This document shows, one piece after another, positions 28,841 to 37,069 of a stretch of 64,000 bases of DNA (the first letter of the stretch is position 1; every line of letters starts with the position of its first letter). This stretch comes from Minisyncoccota bacterium. GTDB lineage: Bacteria; Patescibacteriota; Minisyncoccia; Phycocordibacterales; UBA9973. Both the position numbers and the translations under genes were made by a program. The notes beneath the pieces were generated by a model, which searched no databases, had not been told where the DNA came from, and worked only from the letters and a program-made list of their open reading frames with translations. The stretch spans positions 3,208 through 67,207 of the forward strand of contig DATDWM010000017.1 of assembly GCA_036517375.1 (NCBI GenBank). The letters are read 5' to 3'.

Positions 28841-29305
28841 TTATTCTGTGAAATATTGGCTATGTTTTTCCTTAAAATCACTATCATTAATAGAACCAAT
28901 ATCTGTGCAACCACCATCAACGTCTGAAAAAGCCCCTGCTCCACACTGGAAAATTACTTTGTTTTCATATCCGTCTCTCATCATTGAATAAAAAAATTCA
29001 TCTGTATTTCTACTCAAATTTTTGTTTACAATTCTGTAAACTTCTGTATAAACATAGCATTTATTTTTAACTGAATTGAAATGGTTAGTTGTATATACAG
29101 AATAATTATTATCCAACTTACTTTTTTCCTCCTTGTCTACTTCTATGGCTTTTTGTGAACAATTGTAAGCATATTCTCCATACTTAGTGTCAGAAATTAT
29201 ACCTACCTTACTTTCATTGTTACTTTTTATTACATAGGTAAATATCAGTATCAATAAAACGATAACCCCAATTTTAAACCAGTTTTCTTTTAAGAATTTT
29301 GTCAT
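28841..29305 (-). CDS. Hypothetical membrane-anchored protein
   Basis: FLKENWFKIG plus TM helix; Cys-containing ectodomain. Confidence 0.7.
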   Translation of the reverse strand: MTKFLKENWFKIGVIVLLILIFTYVIKSNNESKVGIISDTKYGEYAYNCSQKAIEVDKEEKSKLDNNYSVYTTNHFNSVKNKCYVYTEVYRIVNKNLSRNTDEFFYSMMRDGYENKVIFQCGAGAFSDVDGGCTDIGSINDSDFKEKHSQYFTE

Positions 29306-29308
29306 ATG

Positions 29309-30172
29309 TTAGTTGCAATAAACTGTGTTACCGATAAAATTACAAATTGTTGTTGGGTGAGGTGGTGTTGAATAATAAGCATCGGGTTCACACGCTTGAT
29401 AATATTTGTTCATAAGCGGAGTAGATTTTATTGCCAAATCAGCTCCCTTAGAAGCTAGTTCGCTTGACTCTTGTGAACCAGCATCAGCTTCTTCCATACG
29501 AGCCAAGTTGTCGTCTAGTTGTTTTTGTATACTGTCATAAGCTTTCTTGGCACTTACGCATTCTGGGCTATTGTGTATTTTATCTTCGGCTTCTTGTTTA
29601 GCATTGGCTTGGTCTTTAAGCTGTTGATTTAAAATATCATATGCAGAGGGTTGAGAAGATGTTGGACTAGGTTGTCCGCAGGAAGCTTCACCTATGGCTG
29701 GGCAGTAAAAAGGATTCTCAACAGAACAATTGGAAATATTGTAAGATTTTCCATTGCATACTCTTATATTATCCAGTTCACTTTGAGTGTAACAACCAGA
29801 AGCGTTGTCGGGGCTACAGAAAAACTTTTTACCAAGAGATGGACAGGTGTCTTTTATTTGTTGACCATTGCACATCACTATATTTTCTTGGGTGGGTATA
29901 CTCTTTTTAACTGGGGCTGTTACTTTAGGAGCAGGTGTAGTTGTTTTGGGTTGTTGATTTTTTAAATCATCAATTTGTTTTTGTAGTTCTTGAATTTGCA
30001 CTGTCTGGTCTGGTGCTGGTTTAGTATCCGTTACTTGCACTTGTGGTGCAGGAACTTCTTTTTTATGGAATATGCTCCAGCTAAAAGGATTCCACCAAGA
30101 GGCAAAAGTAATTTGTGGAATCAAAATGATTGCGACCAAGATAACAGAAACTATATTTAACTTATTTTTCAT
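29309..30172 (-). CDS. Secreted Cys-rich hypothetical protein
   Basis: Signal peptide ending ASWWNPFSW, Pro/Thr linker, two CNG..C..F.C.P...C repeats; start at MKNKLN. Confidence 0.75.
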   Translation of the reverse strand: MKNKLNIVSVILVAIILIPQITFASWWNPFSWSIFHKKEVPAPQVQVTDTKPAPDQTVQIQELQKQIDDLKNQQPKTTTPAPKVTAPVKKSIPTQENIVMCNGQQIKDTCPSLGKKFFCSPDNASGCYTQSELDNIRVCNGKSYNISNCSVENPFYCPAIGEASCGQPSPTSSQPSAYDILNQQLKDQANAKQEAEDKIHNSPECVSAKKAYDSIQKQLDDNLARMEEADAGSQESSELASKGADLAIKSTPLMNKYYQACEPDAYYSTPPHPTTICNFIGNTVYCN

Positions 30173-30181
30173 AAAATAAAA

Positions 30182-30354
30182 AGCTAGCTGATAAGAGCTA
30201 GCGTGGAAAACACAGAACCCCACGCCAGCTAGGTCTTGCGACCCCATATCAGTTTCCCGATATAGCCCTTGGAAGAGTTGCTGAACGCAGGGTTCAGTAT
30301 CTTCCAAGGGTCTTTTGACCATATCCTAAAGGTGTCTTTAGGGGTTAGGTCGCA
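30182..30354 (-). ncRNA. Candidate structured RNA leader (multibranch)
   Basis: Closing stem tgcgacc/ggtcgca enclosing three hairpins, plus hairpin 30196-30230. Confidence 0.5.
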
Positions 30355-30363
30355 TATTAAGTT

Positions 30364-30723
30364 TTACTTATTCATCGTATCATTATATAGCTCTTTTGTT
30401 AATCTAACTCTAGCTAAGATGTGGAGCTTTAATGCAGTAGAAAAGTAATAAAGACGTGGATTTTTTATTACACGCTTAGCTTCAAGTGGTGTTATCTTGA
30501 TAATTACACCATTAGCACGATACCAAAATCTTCTATCTTTTCTAATAACCTCCGCATTGTATTGAAAAAGATTACGACCGTGAATCCTCGCAAGGTTGCC
30601 TTCAATGAGTCTAATGCTCAATTTAACTATTTCCATAAAATCTCGGCTTAAACTAAAAAAATCTTTCCCACACGGAAAAAGATTTACGACTATTATCTCT
30701 CCCTTGTGGGTTGGATTTAGCAC
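30364..30723 (-). CDS. Hypothetical protein (ATG start may be 30636)
   Basis: Open frame in the island; no recognisable motif. Confidence 0.5.
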   Translation of the reverse strand: MLNPTHKGEIIVVNLFPCGKDFFSLSRDFMEIVKLSIRLIEGNLARIHGRNLFQYNAEVIRKDRRFWYRANGVIIKITPLEAKRVIKNPRLYYFSTALKLHILARVRLTKELYNDTMNK

Positions 30724-30946
30724 CTTACTTTCGCAGGTCGCTGGGCGGATTAAAATGAGCCAATTCTCTACTCGCCACTCTCGATAGACTTATTTAGTTG
30801 TGAGATAAGTTTATATAAGGCAAAAAATAAAAGCAAGTATACACCCAAATTTCAAGGGATTTTCGGACATCATAAGAGAGTTTTTACACGTTTTTAGAAT
30901 CCTAAAATAACCATATTTTATAGCTTATATTAGCCGTTTAGCCCTA

Positions 30947-30955
30947 TGCTATAAT
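30947..30955 (+). promoter_or_regulatory. Extended -10 promoter (TGcTATAAT)
   Basis: Consensus TGnTATAAT preceding a ~420-nt structured leader. Confidence 0.5.
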
Positions 30956-31283
30956 AGTGGTAGAAGTTCCTTAAATAGCTCTGACTACAACTCCTGCCAC
31001 CAAGCAGTCAAAAAACTGGAATAAACTGGTTCAGTCAGATACCGTTTTGGATAATACTGTGAAATTGGTGATGATATGTGAGGAGGTCAACCTCTTAAAA
31101 ATGATTTAAGAAAATGCGTCAGCCAATTGTGCAAGATTAGACCGAGATAACAAAAAATACTTATGGTGTTTTGTTATTTCAGTCTAGTTTTGGAACAAAA
31201 ACAAACACCCTATGTTGGTGTTTTTATTTTGCCCAAAAGCTTCCTAAAAATATCGTTGCGTTAATTCATTGGTAAATATACAC

Positions 31284-31354
31284 AAAGTCCTTTTATGGCT
31301 TTGCGGGTCGCATTACCAATGAACCTGCACAGCCATAAGTGGATTTTTTTGTTT
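31284..31354 (+). terminator. Intrinsic terminator/attenuator
   Basis: aaagtcc..ttatggct..tgcgggt / acctgca..agccataa..ggatttt stem followed by a T run. Confidence 0.6.
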
Positions 31355-31376
31355 CTTAGTAGCTAGCTTAAATAAA

Positions 31377-31631
31377 ATGCGAAGCATAGAAAGAAGTTAT
31401 AAGAAAATTCAAACTCGTAATCCTAATCTAGGAACATATCCTTGTTTAGCACAAGCGGTTAGAGAAAGAAGATTTTCGAGAAAATCTTTAGTAAAGGTAT
31501 TTAGTAAATTAATGCCTGAAAATGAATACGCCAAAAGCGAAACAAAAGAACTAATTGATTATCTAGAGAATATCACCAACTCATCCGAGGAGGGCGAATT
31601 TCGCACTAAATTTCATTCGAGAGGCATTTAA
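31377..31631 (+). CDS. Hypothetical protein
   Basis: 84-aa ATG ORF co-oriented with the recombinase. Confidence 0.65.
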   Translation: MRSIERSYKKIQTRNPNLGTYPCLAQAVRERRFSRKSLVKVFSKLMPENEYAKSETKELIDYLENITNSSEEGEFRTKFHSRGI

Positions 31632-31640
31632 AAAAACAAA

Positions 31641-31805
31641 ATGGAATTGAGTGCGGAAGCAGTAAAAGATTTGAGGGAAACACTAGAACTGGAAATAGGA
31701 GTGAGGAATACAAACAGGATGAGTGATAACGACTTAGAACATATAGGTTGTTTTTTCCTTGAAACTTTTAAGCAGGGTTTGAAGAGAAGAGTGTCTAAAA
31801 TTTAA
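31641..31805 (+). CDS. Small helical protein (54 aa) upstream of the recombinase
   Basis: MELSAEAVKDLRETLELEIGVRNTNRMSDNDLEHIGCFFLETFKQGLKRRVSKI*; not in the ORF track. Confidence 0.65.
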   Translation: MELSAEAVKDLRETLELEIGVRNTNRMSDNDLEHIGCFFLETFKQGLKRRVSKI

Positions 31806-32196
31806 TATCTAAAACAGCTTTAGGGGTTCGCTGTATAAACCACTCCTATAAACGAAACCAGTAAATCGGACTCAAATGCGAAAGCACGGAAAAACAGTTT
31901 ATCCCTCTGTCCGTGCCATCTGATTTGTGCCTGATTGCTGATTACAGAAAATGGATTTTCAAAGGTAAGTCGCATTTGTTTGTAAAAGATATTGATAAAT
32001 ATAGCTGTAATAATTACCTTTTAGAGAGAATCAGAGGTAAAAGGGAGGGTGTGTCTAAAATGAGAAAAATGTTATAATGAGGAAGCCAGACCGAGTGAAA
32101 ATCTATAAGCCACATTTAGTAATGCTTGTAGGTAAGAATGAGGTAGCAACCACTTGGTCTGGCGATTAAGTAAAGTTGTTACCTCATTTTTATTTT

Positions 32197-33876
32197 ATGA
32201 ATCCAATAGATTTTACAAAGTTAAAGGTAGGAAATTACAATCGTAAGTCGTCAGAGAGTGAAGATAGGCAGGTTCTTTCAATTCAATCACAGATTGATGA
32301 AGCTAAAAGAATAGCGGATTATTATAAACTCTCTCCATATGTAGAGGTATACAAAGAATCAAAATCAGCTAAAACAGAAGGTGTGAGACCAGAGTTTTCG
32401 AGGATGATGAAAAGAATAAGAAATAAAGAGATTGATGCGATAGCGTGTTGGAAAGCTGATAGACTAGCAAGAAATATGGCAGAGGGCGGTGAACTAATTG
32501 ACCTTTTGAGTTCTGGAACTTTAAAGGCAATAATCACTCACGATAAAGTATTCTATCCTTGGGATAATGTTATGGTTTTAGCAATAGAGTTTAGCCAAGG
32601 AAAACAATTCGTAAAAGAACTCTCTATAAATGTTAAGAGGGGTCAAACTAAAAAGGCAACTATGGGTTATCCGCACGGACTAGCCACTCTTGGCTTCACA
32701 AACGACAAAACAGAAGAGAAAGGAAATCGTAAATGGCTAGTGGACGAAGTTCGTCTTCCTGTAGTTAAGCAAATGTTAGAAATGTTTTTATCTGGTAATT
32801 ACTCTGGCACACAAATCTATGATTGGGCTATTAATGTTGCCAAACTAACTACCCCTAATCACAAAAAATGTGGTGGAAATTTTATTGCCTACTCTAGGGT
32901 TTATACAATTCTTAAAGACTCTATCTATGCTGGATTTTTCTACCAGCAAGGACAAAGGTATGAATTGTCTAAAGAACTCCCTCGTCTTATTTCAGAAGAT
33001 GACCATAAGAAGATTTTAAGAATGTTGTCTAGTAGAAAACTTCCAAAGACTCAAACTCACGAAAATCCTTACTCTGGTTTTATAGAATCTCCTTCTGGTG
33101 AATTTGTAGGAGCAGATATGAAGTTTCAAATAATTTGCCAGTGTAAACACAAGTTTGCATATCAAAATAAAACAAACTGTCCTAAATGCGAAATAGCCAT
33201 AAACGATATTAAAAACCCTAAGTATCTTAGTTATGCTTATTACTACAACGTGCCAAAAAGAAAGAAGAGAGAATCCGTAAAATACATCGAGGAGGGCAAA
33301 ATTACCACTTTTTTTCGCTTATATGCAGAGAAAAATCTAACTATGTCAAAATCCCTAGCCCAATGGTGCAAAAGACACATTAAGGAGATAAAAGACAAAG
33401 AGATAGAGACAGGTTTAATTGAATCCTCTGGTAATACTCAACGATTAGAGCAATTAGAGGGACGATTAACTAGATACCGTCAAATGCTTGCAGATGGTCA
33501 AATTGAAACTTCTGAATATGATTCCGATGTAAAATCAATAAAGGATGAAATTTCAGAAATTAAAAATCCTAAAATTAAAAATCGTGATTGGCATCAAGTT
33601 GCAGAAGATATTGTTGATTTAACTACTGAAATAATTGAAACGCTGGAAAATGGTTTGGTAAAAGACCAAAGAGCGATGTTTACAAAGCTTGGTTCGAACC
33701 TAATATGGAATGAGGAAATACTAAATATTATCAACGCAGAACCAATGCAGAAGCTGATTGATGGCTTAAATGAAGCTAAACAAAAGAATCCCAAGTTCGA
33801 ACCTGAAAATATTGTTGATACAACAGAACAGAATGAGGTTTTTGAGGACATTTGTCCTATCTTGCTCCGGGGGTAG
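32197..33876 (+). CDS. Large serine recombinase (integrase)
   Basis: YNRKSS catalytic Ser, SAKTEGVRPEF, WKADRLARN, recombinase domain, CxC..CPKC Zn motif, coiled coil. Confidence 0.95.
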   Translation: MNPIDFTKLKVGNYNRKSSESEDRQVLSIQSQIDEAKRIADYYKLSPYVEVYKESKSAKTEGVRPEFSRMMKRIRNKEIDAIACWKADRLARNMAEGGELIDLLSSGTLKAIITHDKVFYPWDNVMVLAIEFSQGKQFVKELSINVKRGQTKKATMGYPHGLATLGFTNDKTEEKGNRKWLVDEVRLPVVKQMLEMFLSGNYSGTQIYDWAINVAKLTTPNHKKCGGNFIAYSRVYTILKDSIYAGFFYQQGQRYELSKELPRLISEDDHKKILRMLSSRKLPKTQTHENPYSGFIESPSGEFVGADMKFQIICQCKHKFAYQNKTNCPKCEIAINDIKNPKYLSYAYYYNVPKRKKRESVKYIEEGKITTFFRLYAEKNLTMSKSLAQWCKRHIKEIKDKEIETGLIESSGNTQRLEQLEGRLTRYRQMLADGQIETSEYDSDVKSIKDEISEIKNPKIKNRDWHQVAEDIVDLTTEIIETLENGLVKDQRAMFTKLGSNLIWNEEILNIINAEPMQKLIDGLNEAKQKNPKFEPENIVDTTEQNEVFEDICPILLRG

Positions 33877-33936
33877 GGATCGAACCTACGACCAATCGCT
33901 TAACAGGCGACCGCTCTACCGCTGAGCTACCCCGGA
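33865..33936 (-). tRNA. tRNA-Asn(GTT)
   Basis: TCCGGGG/CCCCGGA acceptor stem, anticodon loop CT-GTT-AA, GGTTCGATCC T-arm; CCA not encoded. Confidence 0.96.
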
Positions 33937-34083
33937 ATTTTATTTTCAAAAGAGGAAAGAAAACCGTACAATACTCTCGACCTACGGTCGCTGGTACTTT
34001 TCCATCTCTTCGCAAATTGGCGAATCGTACGAAAAAGCCTTTCTCATCCTGGCGCAAGCAAAGCAGTTTGCTTGCTTACGATG

Positions 34084-34156
34084 TGGACCGTACAGGACTC
34101 GAACCTGCCACCCCCTCATTGCAAATGAGGTGCTCTACCAGATGAGCTAACGGCCC
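34084..34156 (-). tRNA. tRNA-Ala(TGC)
   Basis: GGGCCGT/ACGGTCC acceptor stem with G3:U70, anticodon TGC, TTCGAGT T-loop. Confidence 0.96.
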
Positions 34157-34298
34157 GTCATTAGTTAGAAGTATTCTATCCTATTTTACCCATAATGCAA
34201 ATAAAACACCCATTAAGGTGCCATTTAAGTACAGCCACCCGAACGCTAAGCGCTCGGGGGTCTGTGTGCTTTTAAGAACGACGGGTTTCGCGCTCTGC

Positions 34299-34433
34299 CT
34301 ACTGCTTCCTCCTCTTTTTGTCGGACCATCCTCCCCACAAGACCAGGAGTGGAACCGAAATTCCGACAAAACATCCGGCAACTGCACCTATCCACAAAAA
34401 GAAGAGGCTTACTTGAACCACGAGTTCATGCAT
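34299..34433 (-). CDS. Putative small membrane protein (44 aa)
   Basis: AGGAGG upstream; MHELVVQVSLFFLWIGAVAGCFVGISVPLLVLWGGWSDKKRRKQ*. Confidence 0.5.
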   Translation of the reverse strand: MHELVVQVSLFFLWIGAVAGCFVGISVPLLVLWGGWSDKKRRKQ

Positions 34434-34490
34434 CTCATTCGCCTCCTAAGCTATCATATCACACACAAATAATATTAGAATTAATAAAAC

Positions 34491-34516
34491 AAAAAGCGCC
34501 CCGAAGGGCGCTTTTT
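34491..34516. terminator. Bidirectional terminator-like hairpin
   Basis: aaaaagcgccc-cgaa-gggcgcttttt. Confidence 0.65.
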
Positions 34517-34619
34517 GCGGCACATATATTGTTTCGATAAAGAGTGAGAATAACCTCACACTCACACCGTCAGTATAGCATATTGGAATAAAAAAAGCAA
34601 GTGTGTTATGATAAATAGG

Positions 34620-34970
34620 TAGGTGCTGGATAACTACTCTGTATTTATACAGGGAGGAAAGTCCGAACACAGTCCCGATTTATCGGGAAAATAAGTAGTG
34701 GGTAACGCCCACATGTAGTGATACATAGGTGCGAGCAGAGACGCCGATGCCGAAAGGCTAGGACCCCTTTGGGGTAGCCTGATAGGAATATCAGGGTGAA
34801 ACGGCTAAATCCTTACTTCTGTGCAAGATCGCGCCCTTTGAATGCCTCAGGACTAGTTCCGAGCGTAGTCGAGGGGAGAATCGCTTGATCCGCCTGGTAA
34901 CAGGCACGACAGATAAATTGTTATCATTCCAACGCAAGTTGAAAAACAGAATTCGGCTTATAGGCACCTA
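34620..34970 (+). ncRNA. rnpB: RNase P RNA
   Basis: GAGGAAAGTCCG and ACAGAATTCGGCTTAT conserved regions; P1 taggtgc/gcaccta; GGGTGAAACGGCTAA. Confidence 0.93.
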
Positions 34971-34982
34971 CAAGAAAATGAG

Positions 34983-35015
34983 AGTCCCCTACAGAAATGT
35001 GGGGGATTTTCTTTT
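34983..35015 (+). terminator. rnpB terminator
   Basis: agtcccctaca-gaaa-tgtgggggatt followed by a T-rich tract. Confidence 0.7.
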
Positions 35016-35087
35016 AAATAATTACCTGAAATCTTTTCAGCATTTTAGCATTTACGTACGACCGTTTCTTATTGCTAAAATAAAATA

Positions 35088-35549
35088 TTACAAACTTAAA
35101 CGTACCCGATCCCCCACTTTAATATTATTTTTATCCGAAAATCCAGACTCTACTTCTAGTACATACTTAGAGTTTTCTCTGGGACCATAAGTTTCCAGTT
35201 GCTTTTCCGACTGTGGCTCGGCACCTTTTTTGATATAAATTATTTCCAAATTCTCATCTATCCAAATTATATCAATGGCAAATTTCATATCCTTCATCCA
35301 GAAATAATGCTCGAACGAATTTTCAAAAACAAATAGCATCCCTCGGGATGCACCAAGCCCCTCTCTCCCTGAGAGGCCGAGTTGTTGTTCCTCTGCCGAG
35401 CGCGCAAGCTCTACTTCCACCTTACTTTCTCCTAGTCTCACGTATTTAATACTCTCTGGGCTCGCGAGATCTACACCGCTCGGCGCATAGTTAAGAAAAG
35501 AAAAAACAACTATTAGGAAAAATATAACGATAGCAAAGCTTTTCATCAT
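35088..35549 (-). CDS. DUF192 domain protein
   Basis: GLSGRE..GMLFVF..FWMKDMKFAIDIIW..YVLEV. Confidence 0.88.
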   Translation of the reverse strand: MMKSFAIVIFFLIVVFSFLNYAPSGVDLASPESIKYVRLGESKVEVELARSAEEQQLGLSGREGLGASRGMLFVFENSFEHYFWMKDMKFAIDIIWIDENLEIIYIKKGAEPQSEKQLETYGPRENSKYVLEVESGFSDKNNIKVGDRVRLSL

Positions 35550-35550
35550 T

Positions 35551-36954
35551 TTAGTGGTCGCCATTTGTCCAGCCGAAGAGCTTGCCTATAGATTCAGCGT
35601 TTTCACGTTTGCGAGCAATTTTTACCGTTCCGTCTTGGACAATTATTTTCATTGGAGCTGAGAGCAAGCAGTGGTGAGAAGAAAGTCCGTCTTGATAAGC
35701 GCCAGTGTCGAGTACTGAAACAAATTGGTCCTTGCCCTCATGAATCTTGGGTAATAGAATATAATTCCCGCCGTCAGTATATTTATCATCGGAATCACAA
35801 GTACTCCCCGCAAGCCAGGTACGCTTGAGCGGCTCCTGCATATTGTTTGCTGGTATGACATGCCACTTCTGGTGTATCGCCCAGGTATCCTTCAAGTCAT
35901 TCATAAAGCTACCATCTATAATGTACCAGGCATTCGCATTCGCCTTGGGAATATTTTTTTCTGAGAGCACTTTATACATTGTTATCTGTGCCGGAGCCAC
36001 CACATACTGCCCCCATTCTACAGCCAGGTTCGGGTGTCTGACGCCTGCCTTATCAGATAAATTCTTAAGCGTCTTGATAATTTTACTAGATACGCCCTTG
36101 GCAGTATAGAATTTCTTTTTCTCGTAAGGTACGCCAAATCCGCCACCGATGTCGAGCGTATCGAGCGATGGATGAGTTTTCTGTAATTGCGCATAAATAC
36201 TAAAAGCATGCTTTACTCCGTCTAGAATACTCTTCTGAGTTTTTATTTGGGAACCCATATGGTAATGCATGATTTTAAGATTTTTAATCTTGCCTAAACC
36301 AAGCACGTCTTTCTCGGAAAGTCCGAAGCGGTCAAACTTTTTATCCCAATGCGTGTCCGCCTTTATGTTGAGGTCCACACGCACACCACTATCACCTTTC
36401 AATTTTGAGATTCTCTCTATCTCTTCATTAGATTCTATTATCGGTACTATATTCATGCCCTTAGCCCGAAGTTCTTCAATCAGGTCCAAGTACTGGTCCG
36501 TCTTTGGGCCGTTACATAATACGCGAATTTTGGCATTAAATTTTTCCCCTTCCCAGAGCTTTTTTACCAACCATAGTTCGTTGGCAGAAGTTACTTCCAA
36601 ATTTGCACCCTCAGATAGAAGTGGGAGTAAGAATTCTTTATTCTGGTTTACTTTCATTGGATAGTGGTAAAAGAACTTACCTTTGTAGCCATAAATTTTC
36701 ATATATGCTTGAAAATATCCGATCAAGTCCTTGAGCCTGTCTTCAATAATGAATGGGAAAATAACTTGGAGAGGTGTGCCATACTTTTGCGCTAAATCAT
36801 TTAGGTTATAAATATGGTGGCCTTCCGTTGCAGTCAAATCACCATCTTTATTTACACCGAAGAACTGAGTGTTGAATTCATCAACACCCAGCTTCCAAAA
36901 TTTTCTCCAATTCTTCTGCTGCTTCTTTGTTTTTTTATTTTTATTTTTATCCAC
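35551..36954 (-). CDS. speA: Arginine decarboxylase-like PLP enzyme (Orn/DAP/Arg decarboxylase family)
   Basis: YPMKVNQ, HYHMGSQI, DIGGGFG, TCDSDD, GAYQD motifs. Confidence 0.8.
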   Translation of the reverse strand: MDKNKNKKTKKQQKNWRKFWKLGVDEFNTQFFGVNKDGDLTATEGHHIYNLNDLAQKYGTPLQVIFPFIIEDRLKDLIGYFQAYMKIYGYKGKFFYHYPMKVNQNKEFLLPLLSEGANLEVTSANELWLVKKLWEGEKFNAKIRVLCNGPKTDQYLDLIEELRAKGMNIVPIIESNEEIERISKLKGDSGVRVDLNIKADTHWDKKFDRFGLSEKDVLGLGKIKNLKIMHYHMGSQIKTQKSILDGVKHAFSIYAQLQKTHPSLDTLDIGGGFGVPYEKKKFYTAKGVSSKIIKTLKNLSDKAGVRHPNLAVEWGQYVVAPAQITMYKVLSEKNIPKANANAWYIIDGSFMNDLKDTWAIHQKWHVIPANNMQEPLKRTWLAGSTCDSDDKYTDGGNYILLPKIHEGKDQFVSVLDTGAYQDGLSSHHCLLSAPMKIIVQDGTVKIARKRENAESIGKLFGWTNGDH

Positions 36955-37069
36955 TTCTTTATTCGAGGGCGAATTGAATTAGTATATCAAGCTGTCAACA
37001 AATGTAAATGCTAAAACACCCTACATCTGTATATTATACACCCATTCTGTCTTTTTGTCAAGCTAATTT

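Larger units (their letters stand above)
20488..33876. mobile_element. Serine-recombinase genomic island integrated at the tRNA-Asn 3' end (left boundary 21203, 20488 or 19378)
   Basis: Recombinase overlaps the tRNA; gctccg core repeated at the left; visibly AT-rich; carries defence genes and terS. Confidence 0.8.

Noticed and set aside
30173-30322. N-terminal extension of the 337-aa ORF
   Set aside because: The signal peptide begins at MKNKLN (30172); the upstream part is better explained as structured non-coding sequence.
21253-33876. Intact prophage
   Set aside because: No large terminase, portal, capsid, tail or lysis genes recognisable.
33852-34145. 97-aa and 66-aa ORFs over the tRNA region
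   Set aside because: They are translations of the tRNA-Asn/tRNA-Ala sequences (e.g. PGVGIEPTT, TGLEPATPSLQMRCST), a classic spurious-ORF pattern.
34446-35190. ORFs 34446-34670 and 34885-35190
   Set aside because: They overlap RNase P RNA, its promoter/terminator and the DUF192 gene antisense; no coding signature.
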